Shown here piece after piece: positions 1 to 12,834 of a stretch of DNA of 62,222 nucleotides. Source of the DNA: Proteromonas lacertae. Lineage: Eukaryota. The translations under genes were made by a program, and so were the position numbers. The stretch lies in NCBI GenBank assembly GCA_002245135.1, contig NGBS01000295.1, positions 310,001 to 372,222 of the forward strand, read 5' to 3'. A model generated the notes under the pieces. It did no database searches. It was not told the origin of the DNA and was given only the letters and a program-made list of their open reading frames with translations. How positions within the stretch are numbered: the stretch's first letter is position 1; each line of letters opens with the position of its first letter.

Positions 1-789
1 TTACTGGTGTTATATCTGTTTGTGTTGATGTTATTGTTGGTGATGTAATATTATTAACAGTTGTCGTCTTTAGTGGAGTTAGTTTTGAAGTGATTACTGG
101 TGGTTGTGGTGGTGATAATGTCATTGCTGGTGATGGTTGGGTAGTGATTGGTGGTGGTGTTGATGTAGTAGCTGATGTTGATGTTGTTGCTACTGATGAT
201 GATAATGATGGAAATACAACTGTTTGAGCTGCTGACTGTGTTGGAGTTGATAATGATGTTGTTGGTGGTGTAAGAGTTGTTCCAATATCCATTTCATTAT
301 CACTCTCAATATTATTCAATTCTTCATCTTCAATTTCCATACTATTACTACTACTTAAAGCAGTATATTGAGTAGTAGTAATTGGTTTAACTGGTATAGT
401 AGTTGATGAAGATTGTGTTTTATTCCGATTGATTGGTTGTTGTTGCTGTTGTTGTGGTTGTTGTTTTGGTGGCAGAGGAGGAGGTGGAAGATCTTCTGTT
501 GACTTATTCACTTTAAATGTAAAACTAGCTTTACTATTGATATTATTATTATTATTATTAAGACTACTACTGCTATTATGTATTGAAAATGGACTTGGTA
601 GTATAGTATTTAGATGAGATTGTTCATTGACATTATTATTCTTATAACTGTTAATTGCTTCAATATTTGTTAATGGTGATAATGTAGTTTTACTTACTGC
701 TTTTGATAATAATTGTGGAGTTTTAATTACTCTTTTCTCACTTGATAATATTGGAGAACTGATTGTAGCAATCTCTTCACTTTTCATAC

Positions 790-833
<44 letters not shown>

Positions 834-3118
834 TACTAAGTTTTTAATAGATTAATTATAAACATCCAAATATCATTCATTCTCTTGTCTTTCTTATATA
901 ACTCTTCATATGCCTTCAATTTTGTATATAATCCTAAAGCAGCTAATGGTTTGGATAAATATTTATAGTATATCTTGATCCAATTCTATTATAATATTAA
1001 TAGCAATTATACGAATAGCATATGTAAACAAATAAGACAATAGTTTACTATCTCATCATCTAATTCCTGATTTTGACAAACTTTAAAATATTTTTCACAA
1101 AATAAAAATAAAGAGTCCCAATAATATGATATATATTTCTATATAATAAAATAAATAAATAAATAAATACTGTTTTTTGTTTTGATAATTGTAACAATCC
1201 TTTGTCACTAATATGTGGTAATGAAATATCCACTAAATGTATTAGTTTAATTATCATATCTTTATTATTCAATATATTATTTCTAATATTCTCCAATTCA
1301 CTTTGAAATACTGTCATTACGTTATGAAAGAACTTCAATGGATCTATCATATCCTCTTTCTTTATACAATTGAAATAAATAAAATCATATTCTGGTCTTA
1401 CTGACAATAATAAAAAACACAATTGGATATTTACATCATCATAAATATCAACCGTTAATGGATTATTATTATCTATATAATTCATTACAATGGATAATAT
1501 TCTATCAAAGAAAGCATATTCCTTTTTCTTTTGATATACTGTTTCTAATAGTTTATCATTTAATATATCTGATATTGAGCTAGAAATTATAGTTAAAAAA
1601 TGTTTATTGATTGCTTTGGAAGATGAAAAATATGATTTTACTAAGTAATGAATATTGGATGAATATAATTCTATTTGAAAATAATAATATAATTATTTAT
1701 ATATATTTATACTTTTAGATTCATCAACTGTGTTATTATTATCTTTAAATATTTCATATATTATCTTTAGACCATCATTAATGAATAATGAAAACCTATT
1801 AATGCCACTATTCTTTAGTAATGAAGATAAAATAGAAATATTATTATTTTCAAGTTCATAAAACACTTCTTTACTCAAATACTTACATAATTCAGATATA
1901 ACTTGAGGTTGACATTTATATAATGATTTACTAATGATTGTAAGAATATTATCAAATATCATCTCAGGGTTTGATCCTTTTATTGACATTGATTTTACCA
2001 TTGCTGGAATAAACATTGTAAAGATTTCTAATATCTATTTATTATTATTATTATTATATATATATACTTCTGTAGCAATGATTTCTTTTGGACTTTTCAA
2101 TAAACTTGATAAAAGGTTATTCACCAAGATATAATTCTGAATGGATATTGGTTGAGTATAAACTGAGAGAATTCGATTGAATAATTCACTATAAATAATA
2201 AACTAATATAATATATACAATTTATCTTTAAGATTTAATTTCAATAGAAATAATCCATCTCTTGAATCATCATAACTTACAAACAACAAAAACTATTCAA
2301 AAAATATAAAAAATACACTAAAATACATCTGTATTTACTGTATTTGTATTTTTATATCTCAAATTCATAGCATTAAACATTTCAACACACAAATTAATAA
2401 ACTTATCAGAAACTACACTCAATTTATTATAAATATATAACAAACTCTGCCATATTGATGATATATTTATATAACTATTATTAGTTGATATTGAACATAT
2501 TGAATCATCATCCATTATACACTTCTTCCATATATCACTAACTATTGGTAACGGATCTTTTTGTAACGACTCGCTTGAATGTACAAACCTTTTTATATTT
2601 GGTAATATACATGCATTTAATATGTAAAGAATTGGATAAGGAATATCAGTTGATTTTATTAAGGCTTTATTCTTCTTTATATTGTACTCTAATGCTTCTA
2701 ATATTGCAGGGTTTGTGATGAGGTCCAAATTATCACTTAGATCTTTTAATGCATAAACTGTTGGTGGTGAAGGAAGATCAAATGAAAGAAATGCTAATAG
2801 TATTGAGTAATAAACCATTCTACTAATATTTTGTTTTATGAATTCGTTTTTCTCTTGTTTCTTTAAATCGTTGATTATTACTTCCAGACAGTCGTGACAT
2901 TTGTAACAATTGCTAGCTTTTGGAATATAATATGAAATAAAATAGTCTTCTTGCTGCTTCTAAATGCATATTATATTATTATATACTGTCAATAACTTTT
3001 TTGAAGCTAAATCAATAAGTTTTGTCATCTTGGTCTTGTTTTTACACCAATGATGTTCATGAATTTCATCAAATGAATTAAAAATATCAATTACGTTTGG
3101 ATCACTCTCTGTTGTCAT
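1..3118 (-). CDS. Multi-exon hypothetical protein, 3'-incomplete; helical N-terminal part and Thr/Pro/Ser/Gln-rich C-terminal tail
   Basis: ATG at 3118 (MTTESDPNVID...). ORF pieces 2960-3172, 2318-2818, 1693-2016 and 1060-1485 join in frame via short GT-AG introns. The low-complexity tail runs off the window start. Confidence 0.7.
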
Positions 3119-3232
3119 TTTTATCTCATTCTCTATGTTTGATAAAGCTTGATGACTAAAATTTTCATACACCCAAAACCAAAAAACAAAGAAAGTATTA
3201 GATTAGCTAAATAGACAGTATTTATATATGTA

Positions 3233-4293
3233 CTAATGTATTCTTACATATCGTCTCCTTCTTCTACTAGTTTCTTTACATACACAACAGCAAGCACAGA
3301 TTATTATAACAATAATCATCAATATAGCAAGTGCTATTAGTAAAATTGCAGGTGTTTCAAGTGATCTAAATAAAAATATATAATAAATATATACAAATAT
3401 GGGAATTGAATTTCTTTTGCTACACCACATATACCATCACTAGAAACACCTCTCTTTAATCTTAAGTATCCATTTTCACCCCATTCTCTACCTCTACTCT
3501 CCTGTATAAGCCAATAATCAATTCCATTCTCTTCTCCATATCCTATAGCTAAAACATAACGATTAGGTTCATTATTTGGACATTGTTTACATCTTTCTAT
3601 ATCATCATAAATGCCGCCTTTATATTCACCATTATTAAATGGATTATCACAAATTTTCACTATTACTGGGTGTAAATTCAGTGCTAATATTAATGAATTT
3701 TCTGAACTCCAACTATTTACATGTCCAGGTCTGTATTCAAGATTACATTTATCTAAAATGTCACAAGAGCTTTCATTTTCATAAACAAATCTTCCTACAC
3801 TACATAATTTATGATCTTTTATATAATCATAACACTCATTTAGAGAAGGATCCTCTTTTCCAATACATTTAAGAATTTGGTCATATGACACTTGCAAACC
3901 ATGTCCTCTATTAATGGAAGCAATAGCAAAAACCGAAGAAGATGCTGCTACAGCAACTGTATCAACAGAATTATTTACATTTCTCACCTCAGGTACTGCT
4001 TGATATTTCCTCCAATCCATCTCTTCAAATGGATTTCTTCCTACTTTTCTTAGATTATTCTGTTTATCTATCCACCTTTTCTGAATGTTCACATTTACAA
4101 AATAAGTTAATTCATCTGCATAATCATATAGTTTGTTACTATAAAAAATAGATGTATTAATATACTATATATTTGACCAAATGGATGATTTTTGTTCCGT
4201 TAGAAAAGGTTTATCAGATTCTGATCTGCATTCTATGGATGTTAATGTGTATAGGATTAATATTAGAAATATAACTGATGAGTACTCTTTCAT
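3233..4293 (-). CDS. Papain-like (C1A) peptidase homolog, predicted inactive, with signal peptide and C-terminal TM helix plus Cys-rich tail
   Basis: MKEYSSVIFLILILYTLTSIEC signal-like leader; DWR, YKGGIYD, VLAIGYG, YWLIQESRGREWGENGYLRLKRG and CGVA motifs; two short introns; last exon ILLIALAILMIIVIIICACCCVC. Confidence 0.85.
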
Positions 4294-4378
4294 TGACTTA
4301 CAATAAAGAGATTTGTTTTTTAATAAAAGTTTGATATATACAAGCCTTAATTTTCTTTTTGTTGTTTTTCTTAACAAT

Positions 4379-5730
4379 ATGTCATGTATTTTAATGTGTG
4401 TGATTATATTTTGAATAGATAACAGTGATGCATACAGAAAGGAACATGTTTGGGAAAAGAAAATTGAAAGTTCGTGGAATGACTTACAAGAAGATAAAAA
4501 TGGAACATTGATGTATTTTAACTTAATATTATTGATAGTTTGTTAAAGAATGAAGCCAGAAAGAGAAGAAAAACTGACACGGATAGCGAAATAGCCATTA
4601 GAAGAAGAATGATCAGATATACATGCATCATAATAGATTTAAGTGAATATATACTAACACTAGATTATCGTCCACATCCTTTAGTTTGTGTAGTAGAAAT
4701 TGTTAAGAAATTTATAATTGAGTATTATGATCGTAATCCACTAAGTCAAATATCTATATTTATTACAAAAGATGGGAAATGTGTGCGATTGACTCAAATG
4801 TCAAGTTTGATGAAAATGCATTGTAATTGTCTTGATGTATTATATATATACAATTACTAGTATTATGTAATTGTTTAGAATTTAATGGTCAATGGTTTTC
4901 CAACACTTTACGATTCTCTCTCCTCAGCATATGATGAATTGAAATTCATTCCAGCTTATGGGTTTAAAGATATAATATTAATATGGTCTTCATTAACAAT
5001 ATATGATAAGAATAATATATTTGATATAATAAACAAAATAAAAGAAGAAGTATAAAATATATTATTATTATTATTCAATTTAGAAAATAAGATGTACAGT
5101 TTATTCATTAACCTCTGAATTATTCATATTAAAAACACTTGCCACTGATACGAATGGAGAAATACACATCTGTATTGATCAAAATCATTTTAAGCAGTTA
5201 TTATTTGAATTTAATAAACCATCTTCTATCTTAATAGAGAATCAAAAGACACAGCAAAGTGTATTACCTCCACCTTTGATATTGATGGGATTTCCAGAAG
5301 AAAGCTTTAAAGTATTAATATTTATATATTGTAAATTTATTTATTTTATTAGAACGCAGTCTGTGTATGTTGTAAACCACCAAAGTTAGTAAGTCATTCT
5401 TACGTTTGTCCAGTATGTAAATCACATGTTTGTAATATTCCATTACAATGTAATATTTGTCATACTTTATTATCAATGTCATCTCATTTAACAAGATCTT
5501 ATCATCATATATATCCTATACCTTCTTATATACCGATAGTTACTATGTATATATATATTCTTATTAATAATAATAATAGAAATCCAGAAAAAGATCATTG
5601 TTTTTCGTGTTTGAAGAATCTGAATATTATTGACTCAGTTGAATGTAATAAATGTCATAAGAAGTTTTGTAATAGTTGTGATGAGTTTATTCATAATACT
5701 CTATTTTTATGTCCAGGTTGTGAAATATAA
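4379..5730 (+). CDS. GTF2H2: TFIIH subunit p44/Ssl1
   Basis: Spliced N-terminus ...HVWEKKIESSWNDLQEDKNG; MIRY...DYRP; NPLSQI vWA region; MGFP; HLTRSYHHIYP; C-terminal CFSC...C..CDEFIH..L..CPGC. Confidence 0.95.
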
Positions 5731-5767
5731 AACACATAATGAAATGATTAAATTATTAACATTATTT

Positions 5768-6670
5768 TTATAAATTATTTTTTATCTTCAATGTGGTATA
5801 TTTGAAAATACATTTTTAAATTTTTTTGAATTGATTGAAAATATAAGATTTCTTCTCCTAATAGTTGTGGATAAATATTATCACAATTCTAATAATTTTA
5901 AATGATAAATAATAATAAATATACAATAGAGAAAACATCAACAAAAGTCTGTTTCAATATCAATGTTTTGAGCATATCATGATTATTACTTAATATATGG
6001 AATATTTGAAATATGGAAGGTCTATAAGCATAGAGAACATCTTGAGAAGGCATGTTACTACTATTTGATTCTTCTTCGGTTTGTTTTTCTTCTTCTGAAT
6101 TCTGTTTTTTCAGCATTGATTTTGATAATAGTTTTATAACATGATTTAGTGAAGGTTTGATAAAACTTAAATCTCCATTTTGGTTATTCAATATAAGGAT
6201 TAGCAATATTTTAATTCCCTATTCGAATAATATACTAGAAATGATACTGTTTGAATAAACAACCATTCACCTTCTATAAATGAAGAACTTATAATTGAAA
6301 CAACATTTCTGTTTGAACAAAGATTTATACACTTAGGAATTTGAAATAATTCCATAAGAAGGATTAATAAAATATATCCATTCTCAGTACCTTCAGTAAT
6401 TGGATTTAATAAAGCAAAAATAAATCTGTCTTTAATACATTTCTTTTCAAACAATTTCAATCTATAAATATCTATAATTTATTTCATTAATACTCTTCTT
6501 CATCAAAAGTGCTAACTAAATATGTAAGTCTATGAGCTAATGAGATAAGTTCACCATAATCTAAATCATCTGTTTGATAAGTATTAATCTTTATATCACA
6601 TAAAACAATGAATATATACGTGTGCAACAGTTTTTAAAGCTTCCTCATATGTACTTTGTTGTGAATTCAT
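5768..6670 (-). CDS. Multi-exon hypothetical protein, possibly alpha-solenoid
   Basis: ATG at 6670; exons including 6200-6460 and 5898-6206 flanked by short GT-AG introns; TAA at 5768-5770. Confidence 0.65.
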
Positions 6671-6721
6671 AAAATCGTTTTATAATAAGTTTGACATAAT
6701 CGAGCTTATTTTATAAAAATC

Positions 6722-8471
6722 ATGCTAAAAGAGTGTTTTGAGGTATAATTGATGATTTGACATATAGGTTGACGGACTTTCTCGCTTAGCTAATCAAAGA
6801 TACAAAGATGTTACTCAATTCGAAGCAGTATAAATATTTCATACTCTATATACGATAGATTATTAGAAATCCCAAAATTATACCACTGAAAGAAATTCAA
6901 CAGATTACAAAAGAAACAGAGTACAGAGAAGCGTGGAGAAGAAGTATTGACTATAATTTGTTATTTATGAATTAGGCAGAGAAGATGATATTATGGATAC
7001 TTTATTACAATTACGAAATATTGATCCAAGCGAAAATAAACATGAACCTATTCAAATATTCAGATCAATTATTAGTAGTGAATTAGAGTTAAGAGGAGAT
7101 GGTTATAAAAGAATCAAGCAGATCAGAAACAAGAAATTAGAACATTATATATCCACAGTCGTTCTTATTTCTACAAATCTATGTAAATTATCTCACAGTT
7201 ATAGGAAAGTCACTGATAGTATTGCTATCTATACAGACAACAATAAACAGTTATCAGTAAATTCATGTATTATATTATCAAGAACTATATTCGATATTAC
7301 AATGGATTTATTAAATGAAGTATAAAAAACAATCATTATACTAATAAAATATAGATAATCATTCGTCAAAATGAGTTGAAATTGTTAAGGAATAATTCAT
7401 CTTCAGTTTCAACCAGCAGAACTAATAATAATAATAATAAAACAATAAATAAACCACAAGTAGATGTTGAAATGATGATATCAACATTCAAATTATCAAT
7501 AGTAACAATGGAAACGATAAAGATACAAAAATGGTTTAGATCAATTTATTATAGAAAAAGATATCCAAAGATAATAAAAAAGATAAAATTAAATACAATG
7601 TCAGATATATTAACAAAATGGTTGACTGTTCAATATAATAAATATTTGCAAAAGAAAAAAGAAGAAGAGTTTATATTATCAATTAGAACTAATTATTGTG
7701 GAATGAAAATATATAAATATTTATCATATCATTATCAAAGGAAATATAAGTGGAAGAAATTTGAAAAGAAGAATGAATATAATATTAAGGTATATTATAT
7801 TTGTATTGTTTATATATTTTAATTAGAGTGTAATAGTTATTCAATCCTTGTATAGAAAAAGAAAAACTATTCGTAGTGATGTTTATTGGACAAAACAATT
7901 TCAAACATTATTAAAGAAAAGAAAATCAAAGAATATTCTAAAACCATACAAGAAGAATTTGTCAAAATATTTGAAATTATCATACCAGAGTATTATTGGT
8001 AGTTATTCGATAAAGAAAGAGAATGAAATGATTGATAAAGATAATCAAAGTATTATAGAATATTTTAGTAATTTGTGGGAAAAAGTATATTATTCCATTG
8101 TTATATATATATAGACTAATAATGATTTATTGAAGGAATATAATAAGAAGAAACTGTCCAATGATTGGATACCTGAGAAAGACCAATCAAATAATACCAC
8201 ATATTATTTCAATTTGAAAAATGGAAAAACTCAATTTACTAATCCTAATATGTTGTTGTATCAGAAAGAAAGAGATGAAAAACAAAAGAATATCTTTTTT
8301 TAAAAATATTATTTGAAATGAATTGCAGTTTCTTTAATAAGTGAAATTGTTGATCATATGAGACAAAAAAGACTGAACGAGTTGAAGGAATATAAAAAGC
8401 AGATAAATGAAATTGGTAAAAATCAATTAAAATGTATTGAAAGTGAAATTCTCCTTATGTTCCATTTATAA
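6722..8471 (+). CDS. IQ-motif and WW-domain protein
   Basis: IQKWFRSIYYRK and IQSLYRKRK are IQ-like; LSNDWIPEKD...YYFNLKNGKTQFTNP is WW-like. The last exon needs an intron near 8290-8328. Confidence 0.7.
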
Positions 8472-8522
8472 CTGTAAATGAATTTGAACTACCAAACAAA
8501 TAATTAAAAATAGATAAAAGAT

Positions 8523-8792
8523 TTATTTATATTTATACTTAGGGTTATTACGCATTAAATATTGAGCTAGATACTGCATTGGGTTGAATTCTTCTACTTT
8601 TGAGTGAAAATATCCTTTCTTTTCTACTGTTTGTAGAAGGTCTGTAAATGCAGGTTCTAAAACTTGATTTAATGTGGCAAATATCTTTTCTGAACCAACA
8701 AAGGGATCAACTGGAGTTTCTTCTGATTGTTGTATTTGTGGGTCTGTACTAGAAGTCTTTTCCTCCTCCTTACTCTCCTGTGGATTATCCAT
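8523..8792 (-). CDS. Small protein with Dpy-30/RIIa-like dimerisation motif
   Basis: Intronless 89-aa ORF ending VLEPAFTDLL...FNPMQYLAQYLMRNNP. Confidence 0.65.
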   Translation of the reverse strand: MDNPQESKEEEKTSSTDPQIQQSEETPVDPFVGSEKIFATLNQVLEPAFTDLLQTVEKKGYFHSKVEEFNPMQYLAQYLMRNNPKYKYK

Positions 8793-8869
8793 AGACTAAT
8801 AAAACAATTTAAAAAAATAAAAAACGACTAAAAAGTCAAGCTTTACTCAAACTACAATTTTGTCATTTC

Positions 8870-9509
8870 ATGGGAAAGCAAAGAAGAACACGTTTATTTG
8901 CTGCTGTTAAACGTACTATATCAAAGAATGACGCAAGGCTTAAAGAAAATGTAGAAAAGAATGAAGAAAAAGAGAAAAAGAAAAATGAAGTGAGAGTAGT
9001 TGAAAAAACACCAACTGCTCTATTCTTCAAGTATATAATCAGGTTATAATAAATAGATACAACACTCAATTAGGACCTCCATACAGAATTTTGATTGATA
9101 CAAACTTTTTCAATTTTTCTATTCAAAACAAACTAGAAATTATGGCAAGTTGTATGGATTGCTTATTAGCTAAGTGTATTCCGTGTGTTACTGACTGTGT
9201 AATTGCTGAATTAGAGAAATTAGGACCAAAATACAGACTAGCTCTTCGACTTGCTAAAGATCCAAGGTTTGAAAGATTACCATGCATACATAAAGGAACA
9301 TATGCAGATGATTGCATAGTGAATAGAGTAACACAAGTATGATTAACAATAATTTATATTTTAAATAGCATCGATGTTATATAGTTGCTACTTGTGATAA
9401 AGATTTAAAAAGACGTATTCGAAAAATACCTGGTGTGCCAATAATGTTTATTTCTAACCACAGATTTACAATTGAAAGAATGCCAGAAGCATTTGGTGCT
9501 CCTAAGTAA
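8870..9509 (+). CDS. FCF1: rRNA-processing PIN nuclease FCF1/Utp24
   Basis: MGKAKRTR..., [51 protein letters not shown]; two introns. Confidence 0.97.
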
Positions 9510-9659
9510 TAACATTAGAAAACACATGCATAGTATATATACATATTTATTATATCGTTTTAATTATTCTTGTTTTTTTCTAATTGATGAAAATTTATAA
9601 CAAAAACATTCAATATAAAACAAAACAACAAAACTCTGCTATATAAAAAATAGCATATT

Positions 9660-12600
9660 TTATTCAGGTCCATACCATTTATCTTCAATATCTTCACCTT
9701 CCTCATCCTCTTCAATTCCATCATCCTCTTCCATATCATCACGACTTCTCTTCATTTTATCATCTTCATTACTCTCAATCACTTCATCTTTAGTATTACA
9801 CAAATAATCCAAAGTATAAACATTACTTTCAACCAACTTCAATAATTCATTTCTATGTTCAGATATTATCTTATATAAACTTCTAATAAGTCCTAAATAA
9901 CTCTTAATATTCTTGTGAATAATCTCTCCATCTATTTGAAGGATATTTAAACACCAATATAAATAGTATTCTATGTGTTTACTTATCTCTAACTCTTTTA
10001 CTAATACTTCCAATATTCTGTATAAATATTCTGGTGGTATAGTTTTTATAATTAAACTAACTTCTCCAATATTACACTTTTCAATACATTTTATTATATA
10101 TTCTTTTTCATTCAAACATAAACTCATTAATAATGCTTTATTTATATTACCTTCTTTAATGGTGCTTTGAATACTGTCAATTGTGATATTTATATCTAAA
10201 TCTATTGGATTAAACAACATCATATCATCAATTGAGTAAATAATTAAACCTTCAGTTGTACAACAGCAGAATGAATCGTTACTTGGTGAAAATCTAATAC
10301 ATTTACATCTTACTTCTACTTTGTTCCTTCTTGTACTTAATTCATGTCTTTGAACTCCAGGAAGCAAATCTTTTTCATTTGGATTTCTATATTCATAATA
10401 AAATAAATAAATAGATGAAATATACAATTCAGAATCATTAATATCATCTAATGGTCCAGCTTCAGTTAACAAATTTACTATTCAATTTATCCAAAATACC
10501 ATCCAATGATCGATTATAGGATATTTGATATTTCTTTAATAATAATCCATTTTCACATTCATATATACAAATATATTTACTTCTACCACCTCCTAATACA
10601 CATTCACCATCTGCACTGTAATTGACACTTGTAAAACATTTACCAATTTTTGTATTTTTAGCTGTTTGAATATCATAAGCTTCTTCTTCCACCTGCTATA
10701 TCTCTCTTTATATCAATTTCACTCATCATTTCTCCATTATCTACATCCCAAAAGTATATTGAACCATTTAAACAACTTGTTACTATTTGTTTACCATCAC
10801 ATCTCCAATCTAAACTTAATACATCAGATGGATGATCATAAGTTTGCTATTTAAATAATATAAATATATTATAATATACTCTTGGTTCTTTTGGTTTAAC
10901 TACATCCCATACATATAATCCTTTATCCCACGATGAAGCAGCTAATTGAGTAGAATTTGGACTGAATTTTAAACAACTGATTGGTCCATCAACTCCTTCT
11001 AAAACATCTAACAATTTTGATGTTTGCAATGACCAAATATAAATCAAAAATTTATCAAATGATTCCAGCAGCTACTATTTCTCCACCATTATCACAACTA
11101 ACACACGAAAATTGAACAGGTTCTGGTGCTACAAATGTTCTAAAGTTTCTATATCGAATTGTATCATAACATCTTACAGTACCATCTAAACTACTGGATA
11201 ATAATGCATGTCCATTTCCAATAAAACAAATATCCGTTACACAACTGGTATGATTATTGAATGTAACAATACAAAATCCACTAAATAAATATATTATTAT
11301 ATATATAAATATATATACTTCATAGTATTCCATAGTTTAACTTTACCATCATCACCTCCTGTAGCAATTAATAAACCATCAGGTGAATAACAAGCCTATT
11401 CAAACCATAATAAAAAAACAAATATTCATACGCAATTAATATCATAAAAATGACCTTGTTGTTTCAATATATGTGTTTCACTCTTCCATTCCCATACTAA
11501 TAATTGACTTAAACTTTGACTACCAAAGGCAATCCATTCACCTGTACAATTAATATCAACTGTATCAATATTATTCTGAGATATTGTTAGTGAATGAATT
11601 AATTGAAAATCATCATTATCTGTAGTGTATAATGAGAATATTCCTGTAGAAAAACCAATACATAATAGTGATGGTAATATCATTGATGCTGAAGTAATCT
11701 ATTTATATAATAATAATATATTATATACTCTTGCTTTATCTACTCCAACAATATGTCTTTCTTTTGTCATCCATCTTCCTTTAGATAATAAATAGATTTC
11801 ATTTTTTAAATTTTCATCATTCTTTTCTAAATCACTATCATTATCATCATCATTCTTCTTCATTATCATCACTTTCTTTATTTTTTGATTTTTTGATTGT
11901 TTCATTCAATTCAAATATCCATTCTAATACAGCACCATCATTTGTAACAGTATAACTATTTAATATATATATATATGTATATATATATAATACATTTTTC
12001 TATTATTTTGATCAAAAAATACATTCACAATACTTGTTCTATGTCCACTAAGTGTAAATGGACGATATTCTTTAATTGGATCTAATGAAAACATTCTAAC
12101 TGTTAAATCTTTTGATCCTGTCAATATATATCTACCATCTTGACTCCAATTAATACAAGTTATATCGTTATAATGACCTGTTAATTCTCTGTATAGTTGA
12201 AATGGATTGAATTCTCTCATTGTTGTGGTTAGTTTCCAGATTTGAAGTTTTCTTCCTTGTGTTATAGCTAAATATTGATTGTTTGGACTGAATTTTGCAT
12301 CAGCTACTGCTTCTTTAAAGTTAATATGACATAGTACTACTTTGGTTATGAGGTTTATCAACAAACCATAACCATTTACATCAAATGTTACTAAAAATCT
12401 AAATTAAAAATTAAAAAATAATAAATATACCTGCTATCATTGGATAAACATATTTTAACTATATTGTTTGCTGCTTCAAAAGGTAATGTTGAAGATGTAC
12501 CATTGACAAGATCATAAAGTGTTATTCTATTTCCAACTGGACTAAGTAATGATTTACCATCTGATGTGAACAATACATTACCACATCGATATGGAATACC

Positions 12601-12666
12601 AAGCAAATTAGAAAACTATTTCATACACAGATGAATAAAATAGTATACTCTATAAGATAATTTCAT
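9660..12666 (-). CDS. PWP2: WD40 SSU processome protein PWP2/Utp1
   Basis: FSNLLGIPYRCGN...LLSPVGNR, QLLVWEWKSETHILKQQGH, YRNFRTF and a C-terminal Utp12-like domain. One apparent indel in an acidic repeat near 11850. Confidence 0.96.
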
Positions 12667-12834
12667 TAATTATTCAAAATATGTGTTTATTCAAGCAAAT
12701 GAGGAAATGAAAATGTATGTTCACGATTTGATCAAACCTCATTCACATATTTTCATTTTTTTCGAGAATTACCAAAGAAATCATTCTATAAAATCATACC
12801 AAATTATATTAAATCATAAATTTTCGAATTTTTG

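Noticed and set aside
790..832. (TAA)n and (TA)n tracts as functional repeats or CRISPR-like arrays
   Set aside because: Simple intronic microsatellites with no spacers.
11840..11860. Frameshift in PWP2 suggesting a pseudogene or recoding
   Set aside because: It lies in a GAA/GAT repeat of an essential, otherwise intact gene, so an assembly indel is most likely. The only frame-restoring GT-AG intron I found would remove a conserved WD strand.
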